Assembly (NCBI RefSeq): GCF_006345805.1
Contig: NC_042999.1
Span: 173,352,001-173,416,000 of the forward strand
Reading direction: 5' to 3'
Length of the DNA: 64,000 nt
From: Octopus sinensis
Lineage: Eukaryota
The position numbers were made by a program, and so were the translations under genes. Under the pieces are notes generated by a model. That model saw only the letters and a list, made by a program, of their open reading frames with translations, searched no databases and was not told where the DNA came from. Positions 1-11,895 of this stretch are shown piece after piece (positions within the stretch are counted from its first letter, which is position 1; each line of letters begins with the position of its first letter).

Positions 1-159
1 AAGAAGAAGAAGAAGAAGAAGAAGAAGAAGAAGAAGAAGGAGGAGGATGAGGAGAAGAAGAAGAAGAAGAAGAAGAAGAAGAAGAAGAAGAAGAAGAAGA
101 AGAAGAAGAAGAAGAAGAAGAAAAGAAGAAGAAGAAGAAGAAGAAGAAGAAGAAGAAGA
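1..159. repeat. (GAA)n microsatellite
   Basis: Near-pure GAA tract; explains the poly-R/poly-E ORF 47..256. Confidence 0.95.
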
Positions 160-175
160 ATGCAGCAGTACAAAC

Positions 176-492
176 AGAACAGACAGAACCATTAAAGCTA
201 ATAAACCGTACGTTGTTGTGAAAGACCACAGCAATAAAGTTGAGTATCCCTTGTAGTCATAATATCTCGGCAAAAGAATTTGGTGAATTCAGAAAAATAT
301 AAAGATTTGGTCTGGGAAATCGAAAAAATGTGGTATCTCAAGACGGTTACAATATCAATGATTGTAGGAGCACTTACATTGATTAAAAAAAAAGGAAGTG
401 AAAGTTAGTTGAAAATGATTCCTGGGTTACTCTCCATGCAAGAATTCCAAAAGATTGTTTTTAACTGAAACATCACACGTATTGAGAAGAGA
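176..492 (+). mobile_element. Old R4/Dong-type RLE LINE 3' remnant
   Basis: Translates across frameshifts to TDRTIKANKPYVVVKDH ... KYKDLVWEIEKMWYLKTVTISMIVGAL ... QKIV..TSHVLRR, collinear with the C-terminus of the element at 48125-48450 (TDREIKAN.PDIVVRDH, KYKDLEIEVTRMWNLKT, QKIALLGTAHILRR). Confidence 0.75.
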
Positions 493-1331
493 TTTTGAGG
501 CTGCCACTCTTTCACCGGTCGTGGTGTAGGTTCAGCAGGAATTGTGCTCCGTGGTATGTATAACATATTTTACAAGGCGCTGACACCGACTTCTTACATT
601 TATTGTACGCCATCTGTGTGTATTTGTGTATGTGTAAGCATGTTTGTAAAATATATAAATAACATCGTCATACGCACACCAGTGGAACATTTAGATAATA
701 ACTACTCGAGCTTCTCAACAGTCACCATTATAGCCTCTCTTCCTGTCCTTTTATTAAAGCAGATAAATTTTATTCCACATAACTAACAGCGAATTGAGGT
801 TAAAATGTCATAATAAAAAGCTAAAGAAACAGAAATAAAAAGCAAAACTAGCAGACATACGACATAATAGCTTTCTTGCTTTTCTCTATGAAATAATAGT
901 CTGAGCTGTCAGTTTGGCACATGATGATGTGTATTGTCCGTTTCCTTCTCTGCTAACACTGGCAAATATTTAGAAATATGATTTATAATATATAACATTA
1001 AAACCCAAAACATATCTGATCGGGTAGATGAATCAACACCTGTGTTGAGAATATTTTACGTAATAAAATTGAAGATGTCAGACAACATAACTTGCAATTC
1101 AAAACGTAAACTGTTTCATAAACGTTACTGCGTAGGAAGAGATATTTTTGGAGAAGAAGCAAGAGTATATAAGCCAGGTTGAAGAAGTAATTAACTCACG
1201 AATTCTATATTATTTAAATAGTGGGACAGAGAGAGCAGTTGAATGTAAGTAATAGCTGAAGCTTCACAGATCGAGTAAAGATTAAATTTGTGACTAAATT
1301 ACAAACAAAATCTACTTTTTTCCATTTCCTG

Positions 1332-1717
1332 TTACTCTTTACTCTTTTACTTGTTTCAGTCATTTGACTGCGGCCATGCTGCAACACCACCTTTACTCGA
1401 GCAAATCGACCCCAGGACTTATTCTTCGTAAGCCTAGTACTTATCCTATCGGTCTCATTTGCCGAACGGCTAAGTTACGGGGACGTAAACACACCAGCAT
1501 CGGTTGTCAAGCGATATTGGGGAGACAAACACAGACAAACGCACACACATATATATACATATATACGGCAGGCTTCTCTTAGTTTCCGTCTACCAAATCC
1601 ACTCACAAGGCTTTGGTCGGCCCGAGGCTATAGTAGAAGACACTTGCCCAATGGGACTGAACCCGGGACCATGTGGTTGGTAAACAAGCTACTTACCACA
1701 CAGCTACTCCTGCGCCT
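1332..1717 (-). mobile_element. tRNA-derived SINE (cephalopod OK/OR-like), near full length
   Basis: Minus strand begins AGGCGCAGGAGTAGCTGTGTGGTAAG (A box) ... GGTTCAGTCCC (B box), then GGGCAAGTGTCTTCTACTATAGCCTCGGGCCGACCAAAGCCTTGTGAG, shared with copies at 17816 and 19966; ends in a short AGAGTAA-type repeat tail. Confidence 0.85.
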
Positions 1718-1789
1718 ATGAGACAAGATGTTAGTTACATCTTGTCTGATGTACACACTCGCTCGCACACATACACACACACCACACGC

Positions 1790-1857
<68 letters not shown>

Positions 1858-1862
<5 letters not shown>

Positions 1863-2680
1863 TTATATATAGAGGGCATTATACATACATGCCAGAAGGC
1901 ATTATAAATAAATGCCACACGCTAAGAGGGACAATTAGTCATTTCTACCAAAAATATTACTAATCCCACCGAATGCAATTTTTCAAAGTAAGACATTTAA
2001 AAAATGTCTTAGCGTGTGGCATTTATGTATAATGCCTTCTGGCATGTATGTATAATGCCCTCTATATATAAATTAATATGTTCAATAAGAAATAATTATT
2101 TTCGAAATTTTTTCTCTTATGAGGTTTTCACGCTATCTACCTGACAATTTCTTGTTAAGTTTTCCTTATTAAGTAGTTGTCCTTAATTGCTAAATTTTTA
2201 TTCCGAAAAAACTTTTCCTCTCCCGAAATGCAATTCGTAAAAGTTTGCCATTTATCCGGATGTAATATATGTAAACTCACCCATGTGCTTCGTTGATGTT
2301 GATCAGTTAGCTGATCGGCTTAAGCGGGGCAGGGTCGTTGTTTATTTATAATACATTCAGGCCTGCTGATGAATACGTAAGTATGAAATCACTGTGATAC
2401 AGGTCTATATTTTTTTAAATGTCTTACTTTGAAAAATTGCATTCGGTGGGATTAGTAATATTTTTGGTAGAAATGACTAATTGTCCCTCTTAGCGTGTGG
2501 CATTTATGTATAATGCCTTCTGGCATGTATGTATAATGCCCTCTATATATAAATTAATATGTTCAATAAGAAATAATTATTTTCGAAATTTTTTCTCTTA
2601 TGAGGTTTTCACGCTATCTACCTGACAATTTCTTGTTAAGTTTTCCTTATTAAGTAGTTGTCCTTAATTGCTAAATTTTT
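1858..2680 (+). mobile_element. Non-coding hammerhead-bearing element, family A (pLTR/retrozyme-like): 1.4 tandem units plus inverted 5' arm
   Basis: Direct repeat 2007-2199 = 2488-2680 (period 481); arm 1858-2004 is the reverse complement of ~2411-2555; (TA)n on both sides; no ORF; HHR inside. Confidence 0.85.
2359..2406 (+). ncRNA. Type I hammerhead ribozyme (family A)
   Basis: Stem I AGGCCTG/CAGGTCT; core CTGATGA 2366-2372; stem II ATAC-gtaa-GTAT; GAAA 2385-2388; palindromic stem III TCAC-t-GTGA; AUA triplet, cleavage predicted after 2399. Confidence 0.9.
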
Positions 2681-2983
2681 ATATATATATATATATATTC
2701 TTATCGATCAACTTGCGCGGATGACTTCTCTATGGTGATTAAATATTTGTCCTGCACTTTAGCTCGCTCCCTCCATCCAATCGACACTCCTTGTACTAAA
2801 TTATTGTGCCCTTTGCGTCAGATGTGGAGGTTATCGTAGGAGAACGTGAGACGAAATGTGTTGCTCAAGAACGCAACTCGAGAATGTAACCTACGATCTG
2901 GCGTGCAATACACTAACTAGAAGGCTATGCGCCTTCACACACAAAAACACACACATACATACACATAAACACACACATAAATA

Positions 2984-4249
2984 CAAGGATTGAACAAAAT
3001 AATAGAAACACCTAGCATCATAGCATCATAATTTTGAAATATCTATAAAACCCTCAGAAGCTTGTCTATTTTTGTTTTTTATTTATTATTTGTGTTGCTT
3101 CATATGTTTTGCTAAAATTGGTGTTTCTTTTTAGATATCATCAGAAAAAAGTAATTGAAATTCATTAAAATGACAGATCTATCGGACTTTCAAAGAAGGA
3201 AATTGTTAGTGCTCCTATGGCATGCGCTAGCGTAACGAAAACAGACGATATATTTGGTGTATCTAGAAGTACTATCTCGAAAATAATGACAGGCTTTGAG
3301 AAAGAGAGAAAAACATCGTCGAGACAAAACTCCTGAAGAAATCCAAAACTTTCAGATAGAGACCATCAGACTCTTAAGGAAATTGTTAGAAAGGTTCATA
3401 AAAGTACAGATCCCAAAATTATTGCAGAGCTTAATGACCACCTCGGGAACCCAGTTTCCACAAAACTTTTCGCCAGGAGCTGCACAAAGCTGGATTTCAT
3501 GGGAGGGCTGCAATCAGAAAACAACCACTTTCAAAAACAACCATTGCAAAGCGTTTAGATTGGAATAAAATCCTACAGAATTGCTCCCTAGAATAGTGAA
3601 AGAATGTTATTTTTTCGGACGAGTCATCCTTTACCTTATTTCCAACTACCAGCTGAGTATACGTATGAAGACAGACAAAATACGCATTTGATCAAGACTG
3701 CCTTCTTCAAACTTTTAAACATGGAGGAGGATCTGTGATGATCTCGAAGTTGGGTGGGGTATATCATGGAAATCCGCCGGCGCAGTGGTTTCCCTTCATA
3801 GCAGAATTAATAGTCAAGACTATTTAAGTATTTTATCTGATCAAATTCATCCTATGATTGCGGAACTGTTTCCGGAGGGAAACGCAATCTTTCAGGATGA
3901 TAATGCACCAATTCACACAGCAAAAGTTCTTACTGAATGGCACGATGAACATTCAAGTGAAGTTGAATATTTTATCTTGGCACCACAGTCTCAATATTAT
4001 TGAACATTTATGGTGCATATTAGAAAAACAAGTAAGGAGTCGATAACCTCCACCATCATCACAACAAGTACTGGAGGTTGTTGTAGCTGAAGAATGGATA
4101 AAAAAGTCCTTTGGAAAAAGTTGAAACTTTGTACGAGTCCGTACCTCATAGAATTCAGGCTGAGCTTACTGCCAAAAGCAATCCTACCCCATGTCAAAGT
4201 AAATTTGTTTGAAATTTTAAGGTGTTCCCATTATCCTGTCCAACCCCTG
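2984..4249 (+). mobile_element. Tc1-like DNA transposon, full length, transposase disrupted
   Basis: Imperfect ~30-bp TIRs (CAAGGATTGAACAAAATAATAGAAACACCT / AGGTGTTCCCATTATCCTGTCCAACCCCTG) flanked by TA; motifs FSDES, KHGGGSVM, FQDDNAPIHTA, LNIIEHLW broken by stops and frameshifts. Confidence 0.92.
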
Positions 4250-4253
4250 TATG

Positions 4254-4284
<31 letters not shown>

Positions 4285-4292
<8 letters not shown>

Positions 4293-4452
4293 TTAGAGAC
4301 AAAACCACTATTTTGCAAATCAAACAAACAAAGACTTAATCCAATACATAAAAAAATTCTAATTAATATTATATAATATTTTACTATAAAATTGGATTCA
4401 ATCCTAAATCTGATTTTCCTTGTAAATTTGGATTTATTCCCTAATATTTATT
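4285..4452. repeat. Two oppositely oriented fragments of the family found at 56147-56360
   Basis: GAGACAAAACCACTATTTTGCAAA... matches 56237-56290; 4370-4450 is the reverse complement of 56147-56232; bounded by (TA)n. Confidence 0.7.
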
Positions 4453-4457
4453 ATTAT

Positions 4458-4493
<36 letters not shown>

Positions 4494-4608
4494 ATATATA
4501 TATATGTGCGTATGTATGTAAGTATGAGTGTGTGTGTGTGTTTGTGTGTTTGTATGTATGTATGTATGTACGTATGTAGGTATTTATGTAGGGATTTATG
4601 TATATGTA

Positions 4609-5150
4609 ATATTTTAAATTTAATTAAATTCCATTTCCCTTTTGATATGATTAAACATTATAACTTTTTGGATAATTTTCGGTTAAAGTTGGCGGTTTAT
4701 TGTAGCTAACGATAGGACTGCGATTGCGCAGAAGAATTTGAAAAGTTACTTCGAATAAACAGTAGACAGACAGCAGTTCTTGTCTTCTGTCTTATATGTT
4801 TTAACCCCAGGTTGGCCCTCGCCGAAAAAGATCAGACCTTGTGAGTTCCCCTGACTTGCCAAATGAAGATCAGAAAGCAATTTTGGTCCGGGGTATTAAA
4901 TGGTAAATGTTTTTCATTTCCAAATTTTGTTCCTGTCGAATCTTATCCGTTATTGTTGTGGTTCTCTAATGTGCTGAATTTTCACTCTAAGTGTGGATTC
5001 CCTATGTGTATAAATATACACTATCGTATAATTAATATATAGTCTTCTTGACTAATTTTTGCACGTTAGACCATTGGAAATGCAAATTTTGATTGAATAT
5101 TTTAAATTGAATTAAATTCCATTTCACTTTTGATATGATTAAACATTATA
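4609..5150. repeat. Non-coding unit with ~55-bp terminal direct repeats (period ~488)
   Basis: ATATTTTAAATT.AATTAAATTCCATTTC.CTTTTGATATGATTAAACATTATA at 4609-4662 and 5097-5150; second copy runs into (TA)n. Confidence 0.7.
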
Positions 5151-5618
5151 TATATATATATATCTTGGTCACTGCTTCTGTCCTCAGCCTTCCATCTCCT
5201 TGGTACCCTCAATCTCTGTCCCTCTTTCCCTCTCTCTTACCCCCTTCTCTCTCTTACCCTCTTACCCTCTTGCGACTTGCTGCCTCAGCCATTCCGTTGC
5301 CAACGGCCGCTTGTTTAACATGTGTCTCCTCACCGAAAAGGTAATTATTTTTCCACGCTTGCTGATAAATTGTTTTTGTGTCTCCTTTTGTCTCAAAGCC
5401 GTAGGGCGCCTGTGTCATCCCTGTTTTTAACCGTTACTGTCTTCAAAAAAATTTTTTTCGTTTCGTGTTCGTCTCTGTTGCGTTGCATTCTTTCCTTCTG
5501 GGGCTGGCCGTGCGATGACGAATCGGTTTCTGACTGAAGAACGAAGGCTTTGAATGACCCGTCTGTCTCTTATGTTCGTCCCTTCGTGTATTTCACGTTA
5601 TTTATATATGTAAAGGTT

Positions 5619-5698
<80 letters not shown>

Positions 5699-5989
5699 GT
5701 ATGTATGCATGTTTACATACATATACACATATATACATACATACAAATATGTATATATTTATACGGTATGTAAGTATGGGCGTGTGTGTGTGTCTGTGTG
5801 TGTGTGTTTGTGTGTGTATGTGTGTGTGTGTGCGTGTGTTTGTGTTCGTGTGTACAAATTCCTGCCAACAAAAGCATACACATTCACTTTAAGAAAAGCA
5901 TAACGTGTAGGCGTATTTTAATACTGTGCTTATTCAGACGCCACAGTATTAATACATGTTACCATAACTCCACAATTACAAATCGAGCT

Positions 5990-6980
5990 CAAATTGCCAA
6001 CCATTTGCTTCAATACATTTATAAATAAGGCGAACCGCTGCTCGGGCAACGTTGGTAAAAGTATCAAATGGGATTTCTGTACTTGTCGCTAAAATTTCTT
6101 CCCGAATTTCTGTCAGTGTAGGGGTTCTCTACGACATACGACATTCTTTAGTGTTAACCATAAAGTCTGCAGCTGCTAAATCAAGAGAACGTACGGGGAA
6201 CTCGGCGGTACCTCTTCGTTCTATCCAGCCTCTGAGAAAATTTCTCATAAAGTAAGCTTGCAGTATTGAGTCGGCGTGCCGTCTTAATGAAAGAACAAAA
6301 TCTTTTCTATAAAGTACCTGTATGGCAGATAAATGGACGTGTATAGCATGTCTAGGTATGCTTGACCAGAAAAACTGGTCCTATTAAACCTCTTGATGAG
6401 ACTCAACATCATCAGTCATTGACCAATGGTATACTTACATGCGTTCCACGTCCAAGCAAAGACTTTCTGGTACCCAGTAAACACACATATGTCGGTTCAT
6501 TATTCCATTTAGATTAAATTGTGCTTCACCAGAGCAACCATTCGTGCCCACAGTTTCTGCACCTTCACCGACCATGTGTTGAAGCCACTCACATAGCTCA
6601 ATCCTTCGGTGTGGATTGCCATCGTTAATTGCATATTAACTTTGGATGTAAACTTTCCACCTAGCTCTTTTAGGAACCCGTCCGTCCTCTGTTTGTACAG
6701 CATATTTAGTTTCACGTGCACTTCTGTAAGTGATTATGGGAAATGTTCCAACATCATAGTCAAGGAAGCAGCACTTGTTTGTGTAAGAAGTCTGCCAGAG
6801 TTTCCAATGTGCATATCACTCATACAAAGATATCACGAATCCGAGAAATTGTCAGGCGTGTTGGAGGTTCTGTTCCAAACGCAAGCTTCAATTGTTGAAG
6901 CTCAACGACATTCTTAAATTAGACGTACCACTTTAAAATGGTCTTACGTCCCTAAAACAACAGCTGTAACACGCCATTTC
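5990..6980 (-). mobile_element. Degenerate Tc1/mariner transposase (DUF4817-type N-terminus)
   Basis: Broken translation ILKWY..KNVVELQQ..FGTEPPTRLTISRIRD, RRIELCEW, SGEAQFNLNGIMNRHMCVYW, GLIGP, DGTPTQY, WIERRGTAEFPVRSLDL, matching consensus SDEA.F.LNG.VNRHN..YW / QDGAPPHY / WPPRSPDL. Confidence 0.8.
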
Positions 6981-7514
6981 GTTAAAATTGTTCACAATAG
7001 TATCAAAAAGTAATCAGAAAGTTTCCATTGTGTTTTTTTTTTAATAATTGCCCAATGATTATTTCATACGTCAGCAATTAATAAAGTCAACCTAAATTTT
7101 TCAATATCACACCTTGCCAACAGTAAAAATTGTGGTATATTAAAAATGAAATCCGTTTGAAAATATTTCATTAAAATGCAGTTTTATTCTCAAGCCATCC
7201 ACGTTAAAAAGTGCCTAGATAAAGCAAAATATGTTAAAGGTGACTTGTATTAATCTCGTAATATCTGTCTTTTTATTATTAAAAAATTGCTACAGATTTT
7301 TCTTTTCCTTTTTCGCTTAAATGTGTATACATTTTCTGGAGGACTCTGTGTCTGATACATTCGTTCATCTCTTTCCAATGATACTTGAATTAATTCCAAA
7401 AATATTTTTATGGTAGTTTTTCTGTTTTGGGGTCGCATCTGTATATTTTTCTAAAACGTTTGTTTATTGTTTTTTTTTTATTTTTATGAATTTTATCTCT
7501 AGTCAGACATAAGA

Positions 7515-8435
7515 ATAGAGTATCCAAGTATACAGAAGCTATCATTTTCGACACCGGCTTCTCTTCGCTTTAGGAAGTTCCAGAGCTGCCTTTGCCGCTC
7601 GAGGCATTAGTACTGAATGCATAGAAAGTACTATTCCTGAAGGAACTGCTCAAAACTGGATTTTTTGCGCTTTAAGAAGGGAATATTCGAATTCACAGGC
7701 TCTCCGAGTTCTAGCCGATCTATTCAATTCAATGAGGATCAATTGAACGGGGTAACCCTCGCGTAACCAAAATACTTTATATTTATTCCAAAGGTAAAGT
7801 CCAAAACCTCGGTGCATGAAAGAAAGTGACACAGTCCAGCGCTCCCGACCCGCCGCCTCCAGTTTGTTTGTATTATACCAGGCTACAAGTGAAAATAAAC
7901 AGATTTCTTTACTCCGTCACTGGCGATAAATTATGGAGAATGCTGGTCAGTATGAAGCAGAAAAAGAATTACTGACACGACAAAGTAGCAACTTCTCGAG
8001 CCAAGCGAGAGCTCCATACACAATATAATGACGCGTTTGGTGGGATTGCGAAGCGCTAAGTTTTGTTTTACCAAACTCTTCAAAACGACCGTATGTCATT
8101 TAGAAAATACACTGGCTAAACGAGGCAATCCAGCTGAAATGACTCGACCAGTGACATGTCATACTTACCTCTGCATCGCTAATTTTATCACGAATGTTAT
8201 TTAAGAACTCGATAGGCAGTTCCACTGCATCCGCCGTATTCTCCTCATATTGTGTCTTCAGATTATTGGCTTTTAGGTCACTCTCCGACAGTCTGTGACG
8301 TAGTTTTGTTCGAAAATGTGGATTGACGAACTCTTCGAGTCAACCCCGATGATGTCACCCGTTAACGTATTGACGAGTTTGTAGAAGGTTGGAAAGAACA
8401 CGTGAGGAAGGAAGGAGAATAATTACTGACAGAAT
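7515..8435 (+). mobile_element. Degenerate mariner (Mos1/Hsmar-like) transposase
   Basis: Fragments HFRHRLLFA, IPEGTAQNW, FKKG.FE..GSPSSSRSIQFNEDQLN, GKVQNLGA, RFLYSVTGDKLW, VWWD, IDEFVEGWKEHV..EGE follow the mariner consensus in order. Confidence 0.75.
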
Positions 8436-9139
8436 TCTTAAAAGTATTGGTGAAAAAGGAAAATTAAAATAAATGAAAACAAAACAAAACAATATAGCCG
8501 AACACACGATATTCTAAAGATAGATTGTATATAACTCACCTCACAAATACAACTGTACATGCAAACAGTAAACTTTTGACAGCGTGTATGGACTTTAGGC
8601 TTAGTTGCCGTCATCGGTTTGTAGTTTAGTTTGCTTTTCAAGTCCTATATTTAATGTTTTTGAATTAAGGACCTTTTCGTAAATCGAGCAATTTGTATGG
8701 AAAATTGTCGCACTATAACTGAGTTTGCAAGAAGGAATAAGTGATTATACAGGGAAGAGAAATCTGAAAGATCTTACTACATATGGAAGCATATAAGAGA
8801 GAAAATGAAAGAAAATGTAGCAGATATTGTATATAGCTGCAATGTCCATGCTGCTTCTTCTGTTTCTTTTTCACACCAAACTGGAGATATATAACTGTAA
8901 TTTTAATTAATTTTTGGGATATTTTTCATCAGTTGATATTTTCCTTATTTGCCACCCATTATTAGTATGTAATACTCCCACTTGATATTTTGCGTTTTGA
9001 TTTCGATTGCTTTGGTATTGTGACACCGTATGTCAACGATAGAAAATCTTTTGCCGCTCTATTCTGTTGAATGCATAAAACACACCGTGGATAATAGAAC
9101 GAATTTTTGATGTGATAGTTGGTGAAATTGATTATGAAA

Positions 9140-9420
9140 CTCGGACGTGTCTAGACTTTTACCCCAATTAATGCAATTGTTTTCTTAACAGCAATATTAG
9201 TGAAAATGCTTTCAACTTCCAGAGTGTCTATGTGTTTTTCGCGGACATTATCATTGAATAGCCCCCAAAAGACACATGATGATTGTAAACTATATCTCTA
9301 AACTGTGAACTGCTTCAAAATATCATCCAATTATTTGAAAAGCGAGCGTAGGTGAAGTTATTTGGGAATTATAAGACGAAAGAATCCATATTTTTGTGGA
9401 TTTTTACATTTTCGCTGATG
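9140..9420 (-). mobile_element. Old Penelope-like RT remnant
   Basis: Minus strand gives NVKIHKNMDS.RLIIP.ITSPT ... LDDILK ... TLEVESIFTNIAVKKTIALI, resembling PLE RT motifs K.HK...LRPIIS...PTY and SLDVESLFTNVPV.ETI. Confidence 0.6.
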
Positions 9421-10067
9421 TAAGCAAGATTGAGCTTTGTTTTTGTGGTAGAATGGAATATTTTCTATTTGTGAGATTGCTGCATTAATTAATTTCTAAA
9501 GCAGTGTTTAATGGACGTATTTTCCCACAATTAGCATTTGTTATTATGCAATACATTGTTAATATTCTTATATATTTATCTTTATCCGTAAATGTGAATT
9601 AAACTTATCAGTCCTTCATATTATTATTAATCATTAGTTTTCCATATTTTCGAGTTAAGCCTTTTATCGATGTGTATGAATTAATGTATATTCTTTTCTT
9701 TCTGAATAAGTATTGAAGTTTGTCTTTATTTTGGTATATTTCGTTCAAAGGATTAGAAGAGGATTTCATATTTGAATTTCCATTCGTTGTTGTTGCATTT
9801 CTCTTAGAGAATGTCACTATCAAGTTTGAAGCGCGAAATGTGTGTGTACGTTAGAAAATTAACGAATTCGAATTTCTGCTTTATCAAAATTATTTTACTC
9901 TCATTGAACATGTTTAGATATGTTGTATTGCTTATTGATATGTGTGAAAAATGTCATTATACAATAGCTGTGAGTAAAATATTTACTAAATTGTGTTATG
10001 TGCCACTATAAATTTCTTTTTAATATGTACAAATTCAAAATATAGTTCAATTACAAATCCTAATATA

Positions 10068-10299
10068 TATTGCTTTATTGCCCACAAGACGCTAAACATA
10101 GAGGGGACAAACAAGGACAGACAAAGGGATTAAGTCGATTACATCGACCCCAGTGCGTAACTGGTACTTATTTAATCGACCCCGAAATGATGAAAGGCAA
10201 AGTCGACCTCGGCAGAATTTGAACTCACAACGTAGCGACAGACAAAATACGGCTACGCATTTCGCCCGCCCTGCTAACGTTTCTGCCAGGTCGCTGCCT
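10068..10299 (-). mobile_element. tRNA-derived SINE with Meta-like central domain and 17-bp target-site duplication
   Basis: Minus strand TGGCAGAAACGTTAG (A box) ... GAGTTCAAATTC (B box), GGTCGACTTTGCCTTTCATCATTTCGGGGTCGAT; TSD TTACAAATCCTAATATA at 10051-10067 and 10300-10316. Confidence 0.88.
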
Positions 10300-10506
10300 T
10301 TACAAATCCTAATATACTCTGCATTTCTTGCATTTACTTGCTTTACTGTCTAGTTTACATAAGAGAATTTTAAAAAAAAACATTTATTTTGAAGACTAAG
10401 GGCGTTTTCTTTTAAAGCCTTATATATATATATATATATATACTACAACCACAAGCATAAAATACAAAGAAATCATAGTTTCTAACAAAATATAAAGTGC
10501 AAATAA

Positions 10507-10558
<52 letters not shown>

Positions 10559-10742
10559 TAAGCAATAAAGGGTTTAGCAACGAATTGCCTTACCACATAC
10601 CGAATTTAGAAATAGCAGTCAAAGAGTTATAGCTATTTCTTCTACTAAAAAGGGAGATCTCAGTAAAAACAGCAATTGGAAGGCAGACACAACAGGTAAG
10701 AGAGAATGAATTGACGGCAATCTATCATACATTTTAAGTTAT

Positions 10743-10837
10743 CTACGGACGCACGTTTCGAATCAAGTTTTTAGGAAGCATAAGAATTAAATATTAATAA
10801 TTCTACCTTACCAAAACTTCTTTTCTCCTCAGCGTAG
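10743..10837 (-). ncRNA. Type I hammerhead ribozyme, long stem II (copy 1)
   Basis: Minus strand CTACG-CTGAGGA-long hairpin-GAAA-CGTGCG-TC-CGTAG; GUC cleavage triplet. Confidence 0.88.
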
Positions 10838-11267
10838 AATACTATAATCATAAATAATCCGCAACTAGTACCACCAAATTCAATGTGTGAATGAAAAGAT
10901 TGTGTCACCAGCCCCTTCCCACCCGCGTGTAGCCAAAACAAGATGCTGTGGTCATCTACTGAGATAAAATATGGTTATCCGTAATAATGAAGGGTGAAAT
11001 TAATTAATTTTGAATAATTATCAATTACACCAAGTAGTCTTCGGCATGTAAAAGCCTCATTCGAGGAAAATTTAAGTAATACTAAACAATAAAGGGTTTA
11101 GCAACGAATGCCTTACCACATACCGAATTTAGAAATAGCAGTCAAAGAGTTATAGCTATTTCTTCTACTAAAAAGGGAGATCTCAGTAAAAACAGCAATT
11201 GGAAGGCAGACACAAACAGGTAAGAGAGAATGAATTGACGGCAATCTATCATACAATTTTAAGTTAT

Positions 11268-11365
11268 CTACGGACGCACGTTTCGAAATCAAGTTTTTAG
11301 GAAAGCATAAGAATTAAATATTAAATAATTCTACCTTACCAAAACTTCTTTTCTCCTCAGCGTAG
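11268..11365 (-). ncRNA. Type I hammerhead ribozyme, long stem II (copy 2)
   Basis: Stem I CTACG/CGTAG; core CTGAGGA; 69-nt stem II (GAAA/TTTC, AAGTTTT/AAAACTT, AGAATTA/TAATTCT); GAAA; self-complementary stem III ACGTGCGT; C17. Confidence 0.9.
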
Positions 11366-11797
11366 AATACTATAATCATAAATGAATCCGCAACTAGTAT
11401 CACCAAATTCAATGTGTGAATGAAAAGATTGTGTCACCAGCCCCTTCCCACCCGCGTGTAGCCAAAACAAGATGCTGTGGTCATCTACTGAGATAAAATA
11501 TGGTTATCCGTAATAATGAAGGGTGAAATTAATTAATTTTGAATAATTATCAATTACACCAAGTAGTCTTCGGCATGTAAAAGCCTCATTCGAGGAAAAT
11601 TTAAGTAATACTAAACAATAAAGGGTTTAGCAACGAATTGCCTTACCACATACCGAATTTAGAAATAGCAGTCAAAGAGTTATAGCTATTTCTTCTACTA
11701 AAAAGGGAGATCTCAGTAAAAACAGCAATTGGAAGGCAGACACAAACAGGTAAGAGAGAATGAATTGACGGCAATCTATCATACAATTTTAAGTTAT

Positions 11798-11895
11798 CTA
11801 CGGACGCACGTTTCGAAATCAAGTTTTTAGGAAAGCATAAGAATTAAATATTAAATAATTCTACCTCACCAAAACTTCTTTTCTCCTCAGCGTAG
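11798..11895 (-). ncRNA. Type I hammerhead ribozyme, long stem II (copy 3)
   Basis: Same motif as copy 2, 530 nt away. Confidence 0.9.

Noticed and set aside
1640-1717. tRNA gene
   Set aside because: A/B boxes belong to a SINE head; no complete cloverleaf.
5525-5565. CTGAAGA motif in a CT-rich element between (TA)n tracts
   Set aside because: No GAAA or pairable stem II/III; too decayed to call.
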